Assembly: GCA_002633005.1 (NCBI GenBank)
Contig: NMRA01000172.1
Coordinates: 207,866-271,865, forward strand
Direction: 5' to 3'
Length of the DNA stretch: 64,000 nucleotides
Origin: Phoronis australis
Lineage: Eukaryota > Animalia > Phoronida
The notes under the pieces were generated by a model. It was given only the letters and a program-made list of their open reading frames with translations, searched no databases and was not told the origin of the DNA. The position numbers and the translations under genes are program-made. This document shows, piece by piece, positions 12,515 to 24,808 of the stretch; the first letter of the stretch is position 1; each line of letters starts with the position of its first letter.

Positions 12515-15500
12515 ATGGCAACTATAGAGCAGGTGGAGCATAGCTTGGTAGAGATGGCGGACGTTGAGGCGTCACTGGCACACGAGGTGCACAAGCCACC
12601 AGAGCAAGAGCATGTCTCGGGGATTGGTCGCGAGGTGCACGAGTACATCATAGAGGACTATGGGCACATCCCCATCGTGCGTGGCACCATGAGCGCTCTA
12701 CCAAGGAGTGTACAGAAGTTCATTGTTGAACAGGTAATGTGGGCTTCTGATACACAGATAGTTGGTTACAGGTTGGTTTTGGATGTGACACTATTATTAA
12801 ATTTGCTCATGAAATATTTGAATTGCTATTCATTAGGTCTCATGACTTGTGGTTAATTTGCTATTGTTGTTCTGAATTTCTTGGAAATTTTTTGTTGGTT
12901 TTAAAGTGACATGTCTATAGAATGTACAAAGACAATCCCCGTATAAGGAAAAGCTTGGAATGCCGATATAAACCTTGAAAGGAGCTCTGCTTGAGATTTT
13001 GAAATGGATCACATTTGATATGTAATAATTAAGATGGTTCTCAGCGACCGGTTGCATGAAACAGTCCCAAATAGGGGAGTCAACTAAGGTCCCTAAGTCT
13101 TTTTGAGTAATTGTGTCTTTATTGTCTCACAGGTGAAATATGTTTCTATCATTTCATCTTTATTATGAGCTCCTCTTTGAATAATGAACTTTTCTAATAA
13201 TATAACTAAAAACCGAACCCAGAGTTCATTGAAAATAATTGGGAACTCAGTCCTTAAATTGGGGGTGTTGCATGAAAAGACCCCTAAATCTCTTTTGATA
13301 ATATTGACAATTCAACGTAGAGCTCACTCTCGATATGTAGCAAAGTCAAAAGTTAACTTAGTAATGAAACTAAAACAATACAAGAGAGGATGTTTTAACA
13401 AGTCCAAAAATACGCCTTAGGTTTTAGGGGGCTTAGTTGAGTCCCTGTTAGAGACTGTTTCATGCAACCTGGCGCAGGTCGTTAATAATAAGTGGCAAGT
13501 GAGAAAATTAAGTGCACAACCCATAATGAGGATTGTGGACATGAAATGATGTTATATTGAGGAGAATCATTAAGTTGATGTTTGATATACATTGCTTATT
13601 TCATTCTAGGTGAAAATCATGAAACCACGCTGTCTCAACTTCTGTGATGGGTCACTGCATGAAGCTGTGCAAGTGATTCACAAGCTGGAGGAGAGGGGAC
13701 TGCTGGAGAAACTGACGCATCCAAAGTACAAGGACTGGTAAGTCAGCAGCTTATGGACTGCATGTCTTCAAAATGGTGATATTTACTGTAACGAAATAGT
13801 GACTTCTTGGGGCCATGAAATGGTGTTAATTAACCTGTATAATTTGAATATTGCTTGTGAAAAGTCAGTGAACCGTCCAAGAAGTGCTGTATGCACTTTT
13901 CTGGTGGAGGTGTGCATGCTCTTGTATGTGCACTTTTGCTACAGGTTTTTCACCTGGGTATCGCCGTTGCTCCTCAGGTTTGACTCTCATGAGGGTATGA
14001 TGGCACTAAAAAAGTAACTAAAGAGATATGGTTCCAGGCAATGCGCTGCGATGTCCTAACGCAACCTTTTTTTGTTTTGTAGAGGATTTGTGTAATGAGA
14101 CTGAGCTGACAGCTGGTCTGAAAACTGTGTTTTATGTTGCCTGCATCTTTGCTGCTCTGCGTTGGTGACTTCTTCCACTTGTCATGTCAGTACTGATGGT
14201 TTTCTCTTTGTAGCTATGTGTGCCGCACCGACCCTGCTGACGTCGCCCGTGTAGAGGCGAAGACGTTCATCAGTACTAAGAACAAGTATGACACGGTGCC
14301 ACATGTGAAAGAGGGAGTCAAGGGTGTACTTGGCCAGTGGACAGAACCAGAAGTGCTGCAGAAAGAGTTTGATAGCCGTTTCCCCGGCTGCATGGCAGGC
14401 AAGTAGTGCAACATATAGCAGAGGATTTATGTAGTTACTCTGGTGTAACATGGAGGATACTCCAAGTCTATTGTTAGTTGTTGTTTAATTATGTTGGTGG
14501 TTTTGACAAAAAAATGTTTGGTAGGATTTCAACGTTCGAGAGATTCTGTATGGCACTAAAGTGCCTGTTATTCTGTGTGTTTGTGCTTCTATATTGTCGG
14601 TGTTTACCCGACAGTTTTACGGATGTATATTTGTTGATGCAGTCTTCACCTGTTGTCATCTTGTAGTACAGCTTCTGCTAGATTTCTGTCTTCTCATAAA
14701 TGGCATCCTCATCATGACAACTGTGGTTTATTGCTCATTTTCTCCTGCACAGGTCGAGTGATGTACATCATCCCATTTAGTATGGGTCCTATAGGCTCAC
14801 CACTGAGCAAGATCGGCGTTCAGATCACCGACTCCAACTACGTGCTCTTGTGCATGCGCATCATGACACGCGTCAGCCGCAGCGTCTATGACATGGTGGA
14901 TGATGACAAGCCTAACTTTGTCAAGTGCATCCACTCCATGGGCTGCCCGCGCCCTGTGGCTAGTAAGTGCTCGATTGTTGCAAAGCGTTAGCAGTTGATT
15001 TATTCTGTTTAGTGTCTGCCATTACAGTACCATTACATTGGGTTTTGTATGATGTTACTGTAATGTCTTGTGGAGAAAGGAGTGAAGAAGACATCTTTAC
15101 TTGAACACTACTTTATTGCGGACTGACTAACTACTGTACAACAACATGTTTTTGCAATACGCAAGACCACATGCATATGAGTCACATTTCATAGAACTGT
15201 TTGGCAAGGCTTATATAATAAACCATTTTAATTGTGCCATGTAAGGTAAGTGTAGTTCCAGTACAAACTACAATACTATTACAGTTATCACATATTGATC
15301 TTTCTGCAAAGACATTGTGCAACTTTAAAATGCAGCATTCTCTCCTTGACAGGGGCAGTTATTAACCACTGGCCATGCAACCCTGAAAAGGTGATCATCG
15401 CTCATCGACCAGAGCAGAAGGAAGTCTATTCATTTGGTAGCGGCTACGGAGGCAACTCTTTGCTGGGTAAGAAGTGCTTCGCCCTCCGCATTGCCATGAA

Positions 15501-18500
15501 CATCGCAAGGGAAGAGGGATGGATGGCTGAACACATGTTGGTAAGAAGCCAGTGAAGCTGACAGATTATGTTTTCAGGTGTTAAGTTTACTGGTGTTGCT
15601 CCCTCGAGTGGAAATGATAAAATAAAGCTCGCTAGTATCTATGTTGTGTGCGATGCAAGTGTTGGCGCATATGAAAGACATGGGGCAATTTGGAAGACAT
15701 ATGGTTCACGTTAGCATTGTCTGGCCTCTTTGGTTCTGTTTTTTTGGATTGGCTTCTTAACGTTTGTGATTTTTTCTGCTACCTCAGTACATTATATGAC
15801 TTTATCTACTACCTCAGTACGTTATGTGACGTTATTTGCTACCTCAGTACATTATGCAGCAATGTTTGATTGGTTTAAGGGACTAAGTGCATTTCACTTC
15901 AATTGAACATAGAAATCCACACCATCACCAACATTGTTGTCTTGTACATTGTCATTGAGTTAATCTGAATGCAATGCGTATTATTCAAGACAAAATAAGG
16001 CGTGATTGCGACATCATTTTAACGTTTTGGTCGACGCGAGTTGAGCAGTCAGAAGCGCGTCAATGCACCAATAACACAAGGTGTGTTCTTAAAGTTATGC
16101 TTGCGATTGGCTGAATAGTAATTAGACAGGTAAGCGACCATCAGAAATTTCTTCAAAACTAAAAATATTTTTATTTCGGATTACGTTAAATTGTTATCTG
16201 TGGCATGCTGATATTGTTACTCTTATTCCTTTGAGATACAATATTTACTGGGTCCGAAACAGGCAAGTGTCCGTCTGCCCAGTCGGTGTGTTTGACTGTG
16301 ATTGAAAAAGTTTCAATATATATTCATCACCGGTAATAATGTATTGGATATGTGTCTGATTATGTCATATGTAGAGTTAGGTACCAATATTTGAAAATCA
16401 GCACGATGCTGGATACTTGTTTGATACCGATGGCAAACACTATCAGTAAAACAAGTTATCATCTTGCAACGTGTTAACTTGGTGTTTTATCTGAAAGTTC
16501 CAGTACAAAAACATGCATGTCATTTCCTTAAACACTCAAACTTGCAATCGTTGGTCAGCAAGTTTAGCTGCAGTTAATATATTACACCATGCTATAGTTT
16601 ATTGAAAGTATGTCATGAAAATGTTAAATTAGACTCGCTTTAAGTTTTCATGGTGTTGGTTGAGGCACCAAGTACTTCCATTTTGGTACTATACTGTTGT
16701 TTTTCATTCCAGTAGCTGTAGGAGTACCAGTACTGGAAGCTATTAGGTAATACCTGCCATATACCACTTGTGTCTGGTCCCTTGATATGCCGATTGACTG
16801 TTTGATCACCTTATTATGCGCCCACATATTTATATGTGGACGCATTATGCCGTCATCTCCGTCCGTCCGTCCGTCCGGCGTCTGGCGTCCGGCGTCCGCT
16901 GCTCTATCTCCAAAACCCTTTGACATACGTTCATGAAATTTTGCACATATGTTCCATTCATGAATGGGACGGCATGTGCGAACTTTCGGACGGATGTGAC
17001 TACCGGTGTGCCCCCTAGTGGCAATTTTAGTTTTTTACGCTTACCTTTGTATCTTCAAAAGTCCTGAACGGATTTTCATGAAATTTGGTATGTAGGCACC
17101 TAGTAGTGAGATGACGCTATCCTGCCGTTTTCGGATGGATTCGACATAGTTTGCGCCACCTAGTGGCCATTTTTACTGTTTTCGAGTCTGTTTTTTTGCG
17201 TCCACCCCTCTATCAACCAAACCGCTCAAAGGATGATTGTGAAAATTGGCGTGTATGTGCTTACTATAAGGAAGACAGCTGACAATGATTTTCAGACGAT
17301 TTGGACTACTGTGGCGCCTCCTAGTGGCAGTTTTGTTTTTTTGCGCCCATGGCTGTATCTCCCAAACCGTTTGCAGGATCTTTACTAAATTTAGCAAGTG
17401 TATTTATGTGATGTTGACAACGGACGATGACGACTTTAGGATGATTCTGATTACCGGTATGCCTCTAGTGGCAATTTTAGTATTTGCCTCTAGTGGCAAT
17501 TTTAGTATTTTACATTGACCTCTGTATTTTCATAGGTCTTCAGGTGTATACTTTGTGTTACTTCGTGACTGTGAAGGAAAAGTTCCAAGTAGAAATTTGT
17601 TTCTGGCATTCTAATGCTGTGCTAATCTCGTATGTTGGTAAATTTGTTTTTAATTCTTTGTTTCTGTGGTGCTTTAAGCAACTGGTGTATAGGATGTGCT
17701 TGTATTATGAAGATTACTCACATTTTCCCTAGCCTATTGAGGAGACAATGACCATGCCTTTCCATTTTGCAAAGTATGCCCTCTACTGGCCACTTTATGG
17801 TACCAATAAACAACCCTAGAAGGATACCGTATGCGGTGCAATTGTGGGCGCATTTCAACGCTCCGCGTTGCTCTTGTAGTATTAGTGGCTAATGTAGTGA
17901 TCCCACATGGTGGTTGTAGATCATGGGTTTGACACACGTCAAGACTGGAGAGGAGAAGTATGTAGCGGCCGCCTTCCCCAGCGCCTGTGGCAAGACTAAC
18001 CTAGCCATGATAGTGCCAACTCTGGACACCTGGAAGGTGCAGTGTGTTGGTATGTAACAAGTGCTGGTCACTGCAGTGTGTTTGGTTGATAGGTTAACTG
18101 CTTTGCACTGACAGCGGTGTCCAGACAGACACTTAAACTAGTGTAAATATGTAGCAACTGCCTTCCCCAGTGCCTATGGTGAGACTATAATCTATAGTCC
18201 CAACCCTGGATAACTATAATCTATAGTCCCAACCCTGGATAACTATAATCTATAGTCCCAACCCTAGATAACTGAAAGTTGTGTCTGCTCAGCTAAGAGT
18301 CCATTTGACAATGCCTAGTATCAAGGCAGAAGTAACAGACTGGAATTTGATCAAACGAAAGCTGTGGATCACTCACTGAGCACTGTAAATTGCTAAAGGG
18401 TGTCTTGCTTTTGAACGCGATGATCTCTGACTGGCTGTGACTTGTCTTTGTATAGGTGATGACATTGCCTGGATGCGTTTCGACGAAAATGGAAAGCTAC

Positions 18501-21500
18501 ATGGTATCAACCCGGAGTACGGGTTCTTTGGAGTGGCGCCAGGCACCAACTACAAGACCAATGCCAATGCCATGATCACGTGTGAGAAAAACACCATCTT
18601 CACCAACGTGGCCACCACAGCCGACGGCGCTGTCTTCTGGGAAGGACTTGAGGATGAACTCGAGGACAAGGTACAGTAGTTTACAGCTCAATGGCAGTTA
18701 TGCCTGTTGCCATCCACCTCTCTATGGGCTATACATGAAGAGTGGTCATGAAAGTTAGCACAATGTTGTGTTCCTATTGAATATATTGCATCGTTGATGA
18801 GGATTTGGCTACGAATGTGACTTCTGCTGTGTCCCCAAGTGACAATTTTAGTTTTCTTTGCACTTACTTATACCAGGTTCCTTGATGAATGTTCATGAAA
18901 TTTAGCTTTAGTGTAAAAGGGCATTAATTTAATGCGAGTGTTTTCAGGTTCATCTGGAAAGCAGATGAGGTTACCTGCTTTACAAAAAACAACAACAAAA
19001 CTGACGGAAATGCGTGAACTTGACTAAACAGATTAGAGACTTGTTGGACTCGGGGACGGGTTTCAATGTCTGACTCTGTTCCAGTCCAGTACTAACTCTA
19101 TGAAACAGTCACAGCCCTCGGAGCTTAACTAATTGTGAAGACAACTTTAGTATCAATCAGTAAACGAAACAATGTACCTAATAATTTCCGTACTGTACAT
19201 AGTTGCCTTATTGTACATAGTTGCTTTACTGCACTTAGTTATCTTAGTATACATAGTTGCTCTGTTCCTTGAGACTTGTCTATGCAGCATCATGATACTG
19301 TCTCTGTGCAGAATATTGAGATCAAGACATGGCTGGGTGAGAAATGGAAGATTGGCATGCCAGGCAAGGCTGCTCAGCCTAACTCCAGATTCTGTACTCC
19401 TGCTGGCCAGTGCCCCATCATTCACCCCAAGTGGGAGGACCCCAAGGGTGTGCCCATCGACTGCATGATCTTCGGTGGACGCAGACCAACAGGTACTCTC
19501 TTCTGATAACTCAATGTCACACGTGAATGCACAATTCCCCTTGTAACTTGCTATGTGTGACTAATTGGAATGAAAATTGGTACTATGCATTGTTTGTACC
19601 CACGTTTAAATATGTGGGTGCATTATGCCGTATTCCCCATCTGTGCAGCGTTCATTGCTGTATTTCCAAACCCCTGCGTGAATGTTATGGAATTTTGCTG
19701 ATATGTTCCTTTCATGGATGGGAGAGCACGAGCGAATTTTTGGATAGATCTGACCACCAACATGCCCCCTTGTGGCAATTTAAATTTTTCTAGTTTTGCT
19801 TCTGTATCTTCAGAGTTCCTTAATGGATTTTCATGAAATTTGGCAAACAGGTATCTGTTTGAAATACGACACGGCCGTCTCATTTTCTGTTGTGTTTGAT
19901 GTATTTTGCGCCACCTGGTGGCCATTTACACTAGTTGTTTTTGGCATTCGGCAATCTATCACTTATGAAAATTGGCACGTGTTCCCACTCAGAAGAGGTG
20001 GGCTAAAGTTACTACAGTTTTCTAGTGGCAGATGTTGTTATCTGGGTTTGTCTTGATATCTACAGTCCTGATGGATATTCATAAAATTTGGCAAATTAAG
20101 TTGCTATCACTTAGACGACAGAGTAAGCCCTGCTTCAGATGGAATTGATCAATGTTGCGCCTCTTAGTGGCCTTTTTATTGTTTTTGTTGAGCTCTTTGT
20201 TGACTGCCTCCTTGTCATCCAAACTCTTTGAAGAATCATGATGAAAGGGGCTAATGTGTGTGTTTCTATTGAGAGCATTGCTATTACAGGTTTACTAACT
20301 TTGCTGTTTTAGTGGGAATGTTTGAAATAATGATCATCCCTTATGTCTGCAATGCACCCAGTGGGCACACATCAACACTGCGTTACTCTTGTATGAATAG
20401 TTTGGTAGGCACCTTACCAGCATTGTATCTGATCAGAGTAATATTGGTTTATGAAGTCGCCTTGGCTTATTATGGCTGCTATGTGTTCAGGTATCCCTCT
20501 GGTGATCAAGTCGCGCAGCTGGCAACACGGTGTCATGCTGGGTGCTGCACTCAAGTCAGAGACAACCTCAGCTGCAGAGTTCAAGGGAAAGAACATCATG
20601 CACGACCCTATGGCCATGCGTCCGTTCTTTGGATACAACGCCGGCAAGTACTTCCGTCACTGGCTGGACTTTAGCAAGAAGGGTGTAAGTATACTGTTCA
20701 ATTCAGTTGCACTATATTTATATTGACAATTTATTTGGCCCTTCCCAAACACCACCAAAGAGCCTTCCATATTAATTAATATAGAGACAGCCTGAAGGAG
20801 TCAGAAAAGTAGAGCCACCATTTTTGAAGCTTGAAATTGATTTTTTTGCCTATGTCATTTAAAGTAAGCTGTTTGAGTTGGGTTTCCATATAGGGTTAGA
20901 ACATTTATGAACAAGGATGCAAATTCTCAGAAGCAAACTCGATTCACCCAATAATGAAAATTGACCCTCGGTCAAAGTATCTAATTTTGTATCTTCAATG
21001 ACTTTCATAGTGTTCACATGGCAAGTCAGTCCTGGCAATTTGGTGGCTATGTTTTTTCCATATGCATTTTCTCCTTTCTGAAGTTGCATACTAAGGTACT
21101 TGAATTCTCTTGTTGGTTGGAGATTGTGGATTCAACTTGGTTGTCAGCTACTAGCTTTGCAGCAAATTCTTTGATCTTCAGGTCTGCAGACTTCAGTTCA
21201 GGAAGTCATACTTAGCCAGGGTGGTGACTGCCAGGCTCGTATTAATTGCTCACCTCCTATTTGTTTAAACTTCATATTTTAGCTCCCATATTTGTGGTTA
21301 GTGCCCAGCCCTGATTGCAGCTTACCAATGAGCATTTATGGTTCTATTTTCATCTTGTATAGATCTCGAAAAGTTTTAGCAGTTGTGTATAAAATTGTGA
21401 AGAAAAAAGCAAATTGAACATTAAGTGGAGAGTTTTGTTTCTTTTCCATGTCAAAGATCTTCACTTGGTTTGAATGCTTAATGCTGTATTGACCTTGCCT

Positions 21501-23708
21501 GTTACAGTACCAATTACCCATGATCTTCCATGTCAACTGGTTCCGTGTTGACGACAAAGGCAAGTTCCTGTGGCCAGGCTTTGGTGAGAACATCAGAGTC
21601 CTGGAGTGGTGTATCAAGTGTATTAATGGTGAAGATGTCTGCATTGACTCACCCATCGGTTTCCTGCCCAAGAAAAGTAAGTTTGTGGACTCCTTGCAAG
21701 TGGGAACTTCTTTTTCAATAGTGGGTATTTATGTATTGATTAGATCAGCTGCTATACACGCATGCGTGTTCTTCAGTCTTGTCAATATGGGTCGTATGTC
21801 ATGCTTTTCTCTTCTGTGTTTGATCTGAAGAACCACTATAAGAGCTGTGTATGATTCCACATCTTATCAAAAGGTGGCAGGCAGTGTAATGAATCCAGGA
21901 ACCCCATGTCTTATTGTGAACTGAACCTCTTACTGACATTTTTGATTTTCACTATCTTGTCTGTGACAACTCTTGTACGCTTTAAAACCAAACACTGTGC
22001 TGTTGATCCTTGCCCTAGTGTGACCTAAGTCTAATTTTCTGCTCGCACTGTACGAAACTTGTCTGAATTGATCACGGGATCGCAAGCTCTAGCATTAGAA
22101 TACGCTGGAGCTGGCATGTCACCCCTACAGTTCTATGGTCAGAGGCCAGCTACTGTTAACATATTGCTTTGGTTACGGCAATGGTTGTGTTGGAAAGGTT
22201 GCGGAGAGTTGTTGTACTGCACATTTTAAATAAATACAACTGTAAATGTTACAGTGGTGATTGGCCGTATGCTGTATACCTATCAGGGCTTGGAATTTTC
22301 CTTTTCAAGAGGATCTCTTCTTTTTTGTTTTCGATTTCATCTTATTTGATTTCCAGTTTCCTCTTTTTTCATCTCTTTTAATTATTTTTTTTACTTTATT
22401 CATGCAAAAAGCATTTATTGAAATTAAATTTTACACCAAAATTCATATTTCTATCACCCAATCTTATTTATTTGTGGAGGGATACATCACTGAGAAAATT
22501 TTCTTCTTTTTTGGCATTTGCCATTCCAAGCCCCGCTGTTTGCTTTTCAGGAACTCCTTAATCATAGTTTCAGAGTGAGCTAGCCTGCAGAGCATTAGAC
22601 ATGCTTATGTCCACTACATTTTGTGCGCACTCACTTGCTTTGGCTAAGTATTGCTAGGTAACTAGTCTGACCACTTTCCTTGACACAGGCTCCTTCAACC
22701 TTACGGGATTAGACAAATTGGACTGGGACGAACTGATGAGTCTGCCCAAGGACTACTTGTTGGAGGACGTGAAGGAGACGCGCAAGTACCTCGACGATCA
22801 GGTCAGTAGTAGACGCACTTCTGCTGGGAAACGTCTTCAGTTTAGGCAGAAAAGTGAAATTTCATTTTGTAAAATAGCCATGGGAAACTTGGCTTAATTT
22901 TTAGCGACACTATCAACTCGTCGAGCTTGTATAATCTTTACTGGTAAGGTTAGTCTTGTTAAAAGTTACACAAATAGGGTTGGGCACTGGATACCACTAC
23001 ATGTTAGCATGAAGCAGCAGACATCATAGTCATGTCCGTATGTTACGCAAAGTAGTGGGCGAGATATCTCAAGAAGGAGGCTTTAAATGGGTTTTGTTCT
23101 GAGGTGGGGAGCCTTAGATCGTTCATATTAAACTTGCACGAGGTGTGGCTGGGAAAACACCCTAGTGCCAGTAGATTTTGGTGACTTATTGGCGTGATAT
23201 CTCGAAAGTAATGTAGTAGGTGTAGGCGGGACATTGCCTGGCACCTGAGGGCTTTGGTAACGTTGGCCTTATTTTCAAGGTCATATCAAGTAAATTTAAA
23301 GTCTGAATTGGAAAATGTTAGTACTATAATATCTCAAAAGTGATTACGTTAATATTCAAGGTGCAGGTGGGGTGGACTCTATTGATGCCAGTTGATTTTG
23401 GTGACCTTGTCAATGACTTGTGAAAATATTGTTTGCACAACATCTCGAGACAAAAGCTGGAGATGTTGTTCATATTTTGTACCAAGGTGGGTTATCCCCA
23501 GACACCGGTCAAATTTGATGACCTTGACTTCATTTGAAAGTCATAAGCAAGAAATGATGATCCGTATGAAAGCCATTTTTTTAGAGTAATTTGTCTTCAA
23601 TAAGAAATAATGTGTCTTGTTTGTCTTTCATTACAGGTTGGCATCGACCTTCCTCAGGAGATCCGAGATGAACTGGATGCTCAGGAGGCAAGGATAGCCG
23701 CCATGTAA
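12515..23708 (+). CDS. PCK: Phosphoenolpyruvate carboxykinase (GTP), 12 coding exons, 667 aa
   Basis: Exons 12515-12733, 13610-13737, 14214-14398, 14753-14962, 15353-15540, 17920-18049, 18456-18670, 19312-19492, 20491-20684, 21508-21676, 22689-22801, 23637-23708 join in phase (2004 nt, TAA). Motifs: [54 protein letters not shown]-loop [83 protein letters not shown]. Confidence 0.97.
13044..13475. mobile_element. MITE (Harbinger-like TIRs) in PEPCK intron
   Basis: CCGGTTGCATGAAACAGTC... / ...GACTGTTTCATGCAACCTGG inverted repeats extending ~55 bp. Confidence 0.7.
16810..17510 (+). mobile_element. Helentron/DINE-1-like non-autonomous element with ~150-bp internal tandem monomers
   Basis: TTATTATGCGCCCACATA..TATGTGGACGCATTA subterminal inverted repeat, (GTCC)n microsatellite, then ~4 diverged monomers with TTCATGAAATTTGG and CCTAGTGGC; related copies ~19590-20250 and ~23030-23580. 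Confidence 0.65.
18147..18282 (+). pseudogene. Intronic decayed duplicate of the PEPCK P-loop exon with 3 x 29-bp tandem repeat
   Basis: TATGTAGCAACTGCCTTCCCCAGTGCCTATGGTGAGACT ([13 protein letters not shown]) vs exon TATGTAGCGGCCGCCTTCCCCAGCGCCTGTGGCAAGACT; unit ACTATAATCTATAGTCCCAACCCTGGATA at 18184-18270. Confidence 0.75.
22284..22535. mobile_element. MITE (CAGGGCTTGGAAT TIR), second copy at ~62409-62634
   Basis: TIRs CAGGGCTTGGAAT/ATTCCAAGCCCCG and clear internal similarity between the two copies. Confidence 0.65.
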
Positions 23709-24124
23709 ATCTCCAACAGAAGCGAACTGTGCATGTGATGTTGCATTGTCGATGATTAGAAAATTCGGTGATGCTTGGGAGTGATGAGTTGATATTTTTA
23801 CCAGTCATTACGTCTGTCTTACTGTGGTGGTGTAGGCCAAATGCTTGTAGAATAATAATGAAATCTGTTAATTTTTACTTTGCGCTTTAACTTCATCTCT
23901 ATAAAAATGCCAGTAGTGTCGCGATGCATCCGGATTTGAAAAATGTCGGTAGTTGTTGTGAATCTTTGTTCCAGGGTTGTTTCAGTGACGCTTGTCAGAA
24001 GAGGTGTGGTAATGATGAATCAGTGCTAGTTTGTGTTGTGAAGGAACAAAAAATAGTTTTGCGCACATCTCATATTTACTTTTGTCCAACCTGTAAGTGT
24101 CATGTAATACTTCCTAGTCTTGTG

Positions 24125-24130
24125 AATAAA
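24125..24130 (+). terminator. Probable PEPCK polyadenylation signal
   Basis: AATAAA ~420 nt after the stop codon with downstream T/GT-rich tract; duplicated at ~44112-44117. Confidence 0.5.
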
Positions 24131-24808
24131 GACACCATTAAACTTATAATTAAGACAGTTATTTTATTAAATGTTCAAATCTTAAAAAAACTATGACTGT
24201 GTCATTTTTGTTTTGACCTGCAGTGGCGCCACTTTGCCTGCTGTACTGACAAACTTCCTTAAATTTTCAACCACATATTCCTAATATCAAAATTTTCTAG
24301 ACCCAGAAAAAGAAAACACCTATAGGCAATACTGAGAAGTTATGAAAACTGGTTCAGACACCAAATTTTGGAGCTGGCCTTACACTGCTTGGTATGGCTT
24401 GACAGGTGTGTCGTATGATGATAAAGGAGAGGGTCCGCTGCAGTGATTTTTTCAACAGAACACGTCATTACAGCAATTTTTTCATTGTGTTTTATTCAGC
24501 AATTCTGGTTCCCTATTAGATGGGATTTCTCCAATTATGTCTGGGCATCCTTTATACTGTTGAAGGTACAGAGTAACACTTTTTAAACACAGCTGCAGGG
24601 TTATGCAAGTTGCTGTTAAAATTATCCTCGAAAAAGAATTGCTCACCTTAAATCCATCACATTCAACTTGCATTTAATATCCTGTTGTCATCATTGTCGA
24701 AAATGTTGTAATTTTCACATGAACAATTAAAATTTATTATCTGATAAATTGCATGGACAAAAATACATAGGTGGCAGGGCGTGCTTGGGTCAAGTAGCAG
24801 GCAGGCAA

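Noticed and set aside
15780-15856. 30-bp x ~2.5 tandem repeat (and GTACATAGTTGC repeats at ~19195-19262)
   Set aside because: Ordinary intronic slippage repeats.
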